DNA of 55,476 nucleotides from Clostridia bacterium (GTDB lineage Bacteria; Bacillota; Clostridia; TANB77; CAG-508): NCBI GenBank assembly GCA_045628105.1, contig JAZQOX010000032.1, positions 1 to 55,476 of the forward strand, read 5' to 3'. Shown piece by piece: positions 49,578 to 55,476 of this stretch (position 1 is its first letter; each line of letters starts with the position of its first letter). The notes under the pieces were generated by a model. It saw only the letters and a program-made list of their open reading frames with translations, ran no database searches and was not told where the DNA came from. The position numbers and the translations under genes were made by a program.

Positions 49578-50138
49578 ATGAAAGAGAAAAAAAGTAACAA
49601 AGGAATTACATTAGTGGCATTAATAGTAACCATAATAGTAATGCTAATATTAGTTGCAGTGTCAATTAGAATTGTAATACAAAGCAATTTATTGGATTCA
49701 ACAAAAAATGCAGCACAAAAAACCAAAAATGAAATGAATATTGAATCACAAATCGAAAACCATGCTATGGTAGGAAATGAAACAGTTAAAGAATACATAA
49801 ACAACCTAATTACAAATTCGGAAGAAGAAGAAAAAATATATCTAACAGTTGAAGGAAAAAAATATGCTACAACTCCAGGAACACTTTTAACGGATTTCCT
49901 TAATGAAAACTTTAAATTAGGTGATACATGTTCAATGTGTGGTACAGAATTTAATCCAAAAAGCTGGACTATTGACGACACACCTGGTGAAGCTTGGATT
50001 GGCTATGGTTCAAGGTGCAAGGTTATGCTTAAAATTTGGGGTGAATATTATTACATACAATCATTCACAGATGAGATGAGATATGTAGATTATTATAAGG
50101 ACAAAGAAACTGTATTTTATGTACAGTGTTTAGACTAG
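49578..50138 (+). CDS. Type IV pilin-like protein (class III signal peptide)
   Basis: KSNKG|ITLVALIVTIIVMLILVAVSI N-terminus; variable Cys-containing C-terminus. Confidence 0.75.
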   Translation: MKEKKSNKGITLVALIVTIIVMLILVAVSIRIVIQSNLLDSTKNAAQKTKNEMNIESQIENHAMVGNETVKEYINNLITNSEEEEKIYLTVEGKKYATTPGTLLTDFLNENFKLGDTCSMCGTEFNPKSWTIDDTPGEAWIGYGSRCKVMLKIWGEYYYIQSFTDEMRYVDYYKDKETVFYVQCLD

Positions 50139-50148
50139 TCGATTACTT

Positions 50149-50191
50149 AGGAACTAGAATTGATGTTATTCAAATTCTAGTTCTATTTTTA
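50149..50191 (+). terminator. Intrinsic terminator
   Basis: GAACTAGAATT...AATTCTAGTTC followed by a T-run. Confidence 0.75.
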
Positions 50192-50254
50192 TAAAATATT
50201 GACAAATTATGACTTTTTTAGTATTATAATATAATCAAAAAGGAGGAATTATAT

Positions 50255-50749
50255 ATGTGGAAAGAATTTAAACAATTTGCGTTAAAAGGAAATGTAATAG
50301 ATTTAGCAGTAGGTGTAATTATAGGAGGTGCATTTCAAAAAATAGTAACATCATTGGTAGAAGATATTATAATGCCTGTTGTTACAATATTTACAGGAAA
50401 TGTAGATTATACAGAACTTAGCGTTGTTGTAAACAATAGCGAAATTAAATATGGATCATTTATAACAGCAGTTATTAATTTCTTAATAATAGCATTATCA
50501 ATTTTCTTTGCAATTAAATATGTAAATAGATTAGATAAAAGCTTTGAAAAATTCAAGAAAAAAGAATTGAAGAAAATAGAAAAATTAAAGAAAAAAGGAA
50601 AATTTGGAAGACGTGCTGGAGATAAAGAACTAGAGGAAGAACTTACAAAAGAACCAGAACCAACAACCAAAGAATGTCCATATTGCTTTACAGAAATAAA
50701 TATACATGCAACAAGATGCCCACATTGTACATCTGAATTAGAAAAATAA
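50255..50749 (+). CDS. mscL: Large-conductance mechanosensitive channel with C-terminal zinc ribbon
   Basis: [42 protein letters not shown]...CPHC. Confidence 0.93.
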   Translation: MWKEFKQFALKGNVIDLAVGVIIGGAFQKIVTSLVEDIIMPVVTIFTGNVDYTELSVVVNNSEIKYGSFITAVINFLIIALSIFFAIKYVNRLDKSFEKFKKKELKKIEKLKKKGKFGRRAGDKELEEELTKEPEPTTKECPYCFTEINIHATRCPHCTSELEK

Positions 50750-50785
50750 AAAAAGAACATTTTTTGGAAAAAAATGCAAAAAGTA

Positions 50786-51060
50786 TTGACAAATATGGAC
50801 TACACGCAGTATAATAAATATTGCGTGTAGATTTGCGTTGAAGCGAAATGTGGCTACATATACAAATATGGAGGGAACTTTCGTGGAGTATGTCTTGGCT
50901 AGACCTAGGCGGATAAGTTAGAAAATAAGCACTTGTCCTAGCTAACACTAGGATTTAAAAATGGATTTAAAAGAAACACCAGGGTGCGTTAATAACTTTC
51001 CTAAGGTAATTAAAACGAGCACATTATTTCTTATTATGCCAATGTGAATGTGTATCGTAA
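50786..51060 (+). promoter_or_regulatory. S10 operon promoter and long structured leader
   Basis: TTGACA-18-TATAAT (50786-50815); GCGTTGAAGCG...TTTCGTGGAGTATGTC resembles the conserved Firmicute rpsJ leader. Confidence 0.6.
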
Positions 51061-51085
51061 AATTTTAAAAGGAGGGAATTTAACA

Positions 51086-51514
51086 ATGGCAAAAAGCGCA
51101 GAAGTTGAAAACAAAGAAATGGTTCAAAAAGAATCAAAGAAACCAGTAGCTAAAACAGCTAAAAAAACAGCTGAAAAAACTACAAAACAGGCAAAAAAGG
51201 TGATGCCTACAAGCGAAAAAATAAGAATAAGATTAAAAGCTTATGATCACGTTCTTATAGATCAGTCTGCTGAAAAAATAGTAGATACTGCTAAAAGAAC
51301 AGGAGCTAAAGTATCAGGTCCTATTCCACTACCAACAAAAAGAGAAGTAGTTACAGTTATTCGTTCACCACACAAACACAAAGATTCAAGAGAACAATTC
51401 GAAATGAGAACACATAAAAGAGTTATAGATATTTTATATCCAACTCAAGCTACAGTTGATAATCTAATGAAATTAGAATTACCAGCAGGTGTTGATATCG
51501 AAATTAAGCTTTAA
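51086..51514 (+). CDS. rpsJ: 30S ribosomal protein S10 with N-terminal extension
   Basis: [32 protein letters not shown]; GGAGG RBS before ATG 51086. Confidence 0.95.
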   Translation: MAKSAEVENKEMVQKESKKPVAKTAKKTAEKTTKQAKKVMPTSEKIRIRLKAYDHVLIDQSAEKIVDTAKRTGAKVSGPIPLPTKREVVTVIRSPHKHKDSREQFEMRTHKRVIDILYPTQATVDNLMKLELPAGVDIEIKL

Positions 51515-51621
51515 TTAATTAGGTTAAAGGTTGGAGTTAGAAAAAATCTAACAAGATATGAACCTTAAAACCAAGCTAGCATTTAAGCTATGTTAGCCAA
51601 TAGTTAGGAGGATTTAATAAA

Positions 51622-52254
51622 ATGAAAAAAGCAATTTTAGGAAGAAAATTAGGAATGACTCAAATATTTGATGAAAATGGAAGAGCAATTCCAGTTACTG
51701 TTGTTGAAGCAGGTCCATGTACAGTAGTACAAGTTAAAACAAAGGACGCTGACGGATACGAAGCAGTTCAATTAGGTTTTGGAGAAGTTAAAGAAAAGAA
51801 ATTAACAAAACCAGCTAAAGGACATTTTACAAAGGCAAATGTAGCCCCAGTAAAACATTTAAGAGAATTTAGATTAGAAGAAATTTCTTATAATGTAGGA
51901 GACGAAATCAAAGCTGACGTATTTGCAGCTGGAGATTCAGTTGACGTTACAGGAACAAGTAAAGGAAAAGGATTCCAAGGTGTTATTAAACGTCATGGAC
52001 AATCTAGAGGACCTATGGGACATGGTTCTATGTACCACAGAAGACCAGGTTCAATGGGATCTACATCAACACCAGGTAGAGTTTATAAAGGAAAGAACTT
52101 ACCAGGACATATGGGTGTTGAAACTGTTACAATCGAAAACTTAGAAGTTGTAAGAGTAGACTTAGATAAAAATGTATTATTAATAAAAGGTAGTGTTCCA
52201 GGAAATAAAGGAGCTATCCTAAAAATTAGAAACTCAGTAAAGAGTGCAAAATAG
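51622..52254 (+). CDS. rplC: 50S ribosomal protein L3
   Basis: [23 protein letters not shown]. Confidence 0.98.
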   Translation: MKKAILGRKLGMTQIFDENGRAIPVTVVEAGPCTVVQVKTKDADGYEAVQLGFGEVKEKKLTKPAKGHFTKANVAPVKHLREFRLEEISYNVGDEIKADVFAAGDSVDVTGTSKGKGFQGVIKRHGQSRGPMGHGSMYHRRPGSMGSTSTPGRVYKGKNLPGHMGVETVTIENLEVVRVDLDKNVLLIKGSVPGNKGAILKIRNSVKSAK

Positions 52255-52275
52255 TAGGAAGGGAGAGAAAGTAAA

Positions 52276-52899
52276 ATGCCTAAAATAGATGTATACAATG
52301 TAGAAGGTAAAAAGGTAAGCGATATTGAATTAAACGAAAACGTTTTTGGAATCAAACCAAACAAAAAAATCGTTCATATTGCTTTAGTAAATTACATGGC
52401 TAATCAAAGACAAGGTACAGCAAGCACAAAAACAAGATCTGAAGTATCTGGCGGCGGAAGAAAACCATGGAAACAAAAAGGAACAGGTAGAGCAAGACAA
52501 GGAAGTATTAGAGCACCACAATGGATTAAAGGTGGTATCGCTTTAGGACCAAAACCAAGAGATTACAGTTACAAAATTAACAAGAAAGAAAGACAACTTG
52601 CTATTAAATCTGTATTAAGTTCAAAAGTTCTAGAAAACAACTTAGTAGTTGTAGATAAATTAGAATTAAATGAAATTAAAACAAAAAATATGGTAAAAGC
52701 ATTAGAAAACTTAAAAGTTGAAGGAAAAACATTAATAGTTTTACCAGAAAAGAACGAAAACGTTCAAATGTCAGCTAGAAACATTGAAGGTGTTAAAACA
52801 AGTTTAACAAATACAATAAATGTTTATGATTTATTAAAATACAATAAATTAGTTTTAACAGTTGATAGCGTTAAAAACTTAGAGGAGGTGTATGCTTAA
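52276..52899 (+). CDS. rplD: 50S ribosomal protein L4
   Basis: RQGTASTKTRSEVSGGGRKPWKQKGTGRARQGS. Confidence 0.98.
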   Translation: MPKIDVYNVEGKKVSDIELNENVFGIKPNKKIVHIALVNYMANQRQGTASTKTRSEVSGGGRKPWKQKGTGRARQGSIRAPQWIKGGIALGPKPRDYSYKINKKERQLAIKSVLSSKVLENNLVVVDKLELNEIKTKNMVKALENLKVEGKTLIVLPEKNENVQMSARNIEGVKTSLTNTINVYDLLKYNKLVLTVDSVKNLEEVYA

Positions 52900-53247
52900 A
52901 TGAAACCAGAAGAAGTAATAATTAGACCAATAGTTACAGAAAAAAGTAATTCAGGACTTCAAGAAGGAAAGTATACATTCCAAGTAGCAAAAAAAGCTAC
53001 TAAAGTTCAAATTGCAGATAGCGTTGAAGCTTTATTTAATGTTAAAGTATTAAACGTTAACACAATGATGGTTAAAGGAAAAGAAAAAAGAATGGGAGCT
53101 CATTCAGGAATGAGACCAGACTGGAAAAAAGCTATAGTAACTATCGATACAAACCCAGCTGAAGTTACATACTTAAGCAAAGGTGGAAAAGAAGTTAAAG
53201 CTGATAAGAAATATAAGAATTCAATTGATGAATTCATGGGTGCTTAA
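52900..53247 (+). CDS. rplW: 50S ribosomal protein L23
   Basis: IIRPIVTEKS, ATKVQI, WKKAIVT. Confidence 0.96.
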   Translation: MKPEEVIIRPIVTEKSNSGLQEGKYTFQVAKKATKVQIADSVEALFNVKVLNVNTMMVKGKEKRMGAHSGMRPDWKKAIVTIDTNPAEVTYLSKGGKEVKADKKYKNSIDEFMGA

Positions 53248-53310
53248 GTAAAAGCAACAAAATTATCCAGAAAAAACTGGGAAAATAAATATTAAAGGAG
53301 AGATTTTAAA

Positions 53311-54138
53311 ATGGGTATTAAGACATTTAGACCTTATACACAATCTAGAAGAAACATGACAACTCTAGGTAATGAAGAAATCACAAAGAAATCACCTGAA
53401 AAATCTTTATTAGCAACAAAAAAGAAAAATGCAGGTAGAAATTCTTATGGTAGAATAACAGTTAGACATCAAGGTGGAGGAAACAGACAAAAATACAGAA
53501 TAATTGATTTTAAAAGAAGAAAAGATAACGTTGAAGCAACAGTTATCGGAATTGAATACGATCCAAATCGTACAAGTAATATCGCTTTAATCCAATATGA
53601 AGATGGAGAAAAAGCATATATACTAGCTCCAATCGGATTAAAAGATGGAGAAAAAGTAGTATCTGGTGAAAACGTAGATATAAAACCAGGAAACAGCATG
53701 CCAATATCAAACATTCCAGTTGGTACATTAATTCATAATATAGAATTAAATGCAGGTCAAGGTGGAAAATTGGTAAAAGCAGCTGGTGGAGAAGCTCAAC
53801 TTATGGCAAAAGAAGGAGAATATGCACACGTAAGATTACCTTCTGGAGAAATGAGATTAGTTAGAGCAAACTGTAGAGCAACAATTGGTACAATAGGAAA
53901 TACAGATTACAGCAACATTAAACTTGGTAAAGCAGGAAGAACAAGACATATGGGAATAAGACCATCAGTTAGAGGTGCTGTTATGAACCCAGTAGATCAC
54001 CCTCATGGTGGTGGTGAAGGTAAAGCACCAGTTGGACATAGTGGACCACTTACTCCTTGGGGTAAACCAGCTATGGGATACAAGACAAGAAAGAAAAATA
54101 GCAGAACAGATAAATTTATAGTTAAGAGAAGAAAATAA
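53311..54138 (+). CDS. rplB: 50S ribosomal protein L2
   Basis: [30 protein letters not shown]. Confidence 0.98.
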   Translation: MGIKTFRPYTQSRRNMTTLGNEEITKKSPEKSLLATKKKNAGRNSYGRITVRHQGGGNRQKYRIIDFKRRKDNVEATVIGIEYDPNRTSNIALIQYEDGEKAYILAPIGLKDGEKVVSGENVDIKPGNSMPISNIPVGTLIHNIELNAGQGGKLVKAAGGEAQLMAKEGEYAHVRLPSGEMRLVRANCRATIGTIGNTDYSNIKLGKAGRTRHMGIRPSVRGAVMNPVDHPHGGGEGKAPVGHSGPLTPWGKPAMGYKTRKKNSRTDKFIVKRRK

Positions 54139-54157
54139 TTAGAGGGAGGAATTTTTA

Positions 54158-54436
54158 ATGTCAAGATCAAGTAAGAAAAAACCATTCATCGAAGAAAGAC
54201 TTTTAAAAAGAGTTGAAGCCATGAATGAAAGTGGAACAAAAGCTGTTTTAAAAACATGGTCAAGAGCTTCTACAATATATCCACAAATGGTTGGACATAC
54301 AATAGCAGTTCATGATGGAAGAAAACATGTTCCAGTATATATATCAGAAGAAATGATAGGACATAAATTAGGAGAATTTGCTCCAACAAGAACATTTAAA
54401 GGACATTCTGGAGAAAAGAAAACAGAAGTTAAATAA
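54158..54436 (+). CDS. rpsS: 30S ribosomal protein S19
   Basis: [24 protein letters not shown]. Confidence 0.98.
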   Translation: MSRSSKKKPFIEERLLKRVEAMNESGTKAVLKTWSRASTIYPQMVGHTIAVHDGRKHVPVYISEEMIGHKLGEFAPTRTFKGHSGEKKTEVK

Positions 54437-54483
54437 TGTCCGAATAGAAATATAATTTCTACATTATAAAGGAGGTAAAATAA

Positions 54484-54837
54484 ATGCCAGAAGAAAATAA
54501 AGTACTAGAAGCAACAGCTACATTAAGATATGCTAGAATATCAGCTAGAAAAGTTAAAATAGTAGCAGACCTTATCAGAGGCAAAAAAGTTGATGAAGCT
54601 TTAGCAATAGTTAAATTTACACCAAAAGCTGCATCTGAAACTTTAGAAAAATTACTAAAACCTGCAATTGCAAATGCAGAAAATAATCATGGTATGAATA
54701 GAGGAAACTTAGTTGTTAGTGAAATCTATGCAAACCAAGGTCCAACATTAAAGAGAATTAGACCAGCTGCAAAAGGATCTGCAGTAAGAATTAGAAAAAG
54801 AACAAGTCATGTTACAATAAAAGTAAAAGAAGTTTAG
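54484..54837 (+). CDS. rplV: 50S ribosomal protein L22
   Basis: [30 protein letters not shown]. Confidence 0.97.
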   Translation: MPEENKVLEATATLRYARISARKVKIVADLIRGKKVDEALAIVKFTPKAASETLEKLLKPAIANAENNHGMNRGNLVVSEIYANQGPTLKRIRPAAKGSAVRIRKRTSHVTIKVKEV

Positions 54838-54853
54838 GAGGTAAGTTAGAGAT

Positions 54854-55476
54854 ATGGGACAAAAAATGCATCCACACGGATTAAGAGTTGGTGTTATAAG
54901 TGATTGGGACTCAAAATGGTATGCTGATTCAAAAAATTTCAGTGATTACTTAGTAGAAGACCACAAAATTCGTGAATATGTAAAGAAAAAATTATATGTT
55001 AGCGGAATTTCTAAAGTTGAAATAGAAAGAACAGCTAAATTTGTTAAAGTTAATGTTTACACAGCTAAACCAGGTGTTGTTATTGGTAAAGGTGGAAACT
55101 TAGCTGAAAGTTTAAAACAAGAATTATCTAAAATGATAAACAAAGAAGTAAATTTAAATATAGTTGAAGTTAAAGATGTTGATACAAATGCACAATTAGT
55201 TGCAGAAAACATCGCAGGACAACTAGAAAGAAGAATTTCATTCAGAAGAGCAATGAAACAATGTATGCAAAAATCAATGAAAGCAGGAGCTTTAGGAATC
55301 AAAACAGCAGTATCTGGAAGATTAGGTGGAGCTGATATGGCTAGAACAGAATTCTACAAAGAAGGAACAATTCCACTACAAACACTAAGAGCAGATATAG
55401 ACTATGGATTTGCAGAAGCAGATACAACTTATGGAAAAATAGGTGTAAAAGTTTGGATATATAAAGGAGAAGTTCT
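54854..55476 (+). CDS. rpsC: 30S ribosomal protein S3 (runs off the window end)
   Basis: [45 protein letters not shown]. Confidence 0.97.
   Translation, partial: MGQKMHPHGLRVGVISDWDSKWYADSKNFSDYLVEDHKIREYVKKKLYVSGISKVEIERTAKFVKVNVYTAKPGVVIGKGGNLAESLKQELSKMINKEVNLNIVEVKDVDTNAQLVAENIAGQLERRISFRRAMKQCMQKSMKAGALGIKTAVSGRLGGADMARTEFYKEGTIPLQTLRADIDYGFAEADTTYGKIGVKVWIYKGEV

Noticed and set aside
50660-50749. Zinc ribbon on MscL
   Set aside because: A CPxC...CPxC tail is a commonly seen MscL variant.
53140-53247. C-terminal insertion in L23
   Set aside because: Similar insertions occur in other clostridial L23 proteins; a lineage trait rather than a novelty.
54661-54663. Pro in L22 (LLKPAIANA) where Ser is usual
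   Set aside because: A single T/C difference; cannot be told apart from a sequencing error or private variant.

Overview
AT-rich chromosomal segment of a spore-forming Clostridia-like Firmicute (spoIVA, Spo0A-like regulator, polC plus dnaE); an uncultured gut lineage such as TANB77 is plausible but only inferred. Most of it is housekeeping: polC, ychF, murT-gatD, dnaE, carD, pyrH, frr, a Ca2+ P-type ATPase, mfd, murB, ruvC, holA, smc, lexA, spoIVA, sepF, divIVA, mscL and the start of the S10 operon. Features not visible in the ORF track: (1) a Spo0A-paralogue / 17-aa Trp-rich peptide / AgrC-like sensor kinase cluster that looks like an undescribed peptide-signalling module; (2) a RAYT-type HUH transposase with a family of GGGACWGTCCC palindromes, two of which bracket a self-contained, compositionally foreign gene cassette; (3) two unannotated type I toxin-antitoxin-like loci; (4) a PolC lacking its proofreading exonuclease domain; (5) a GatD lacking its catalytic Cys/His next to two ATP-grasp genes; (6) a +1 frameshift in ruvC at a CGG codon; (7) a second dispersed hairpin repeat. 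No rRNA, tRNA or CRISPR array was seen. All calls come from reading the sequence by eye; no database searches were run.
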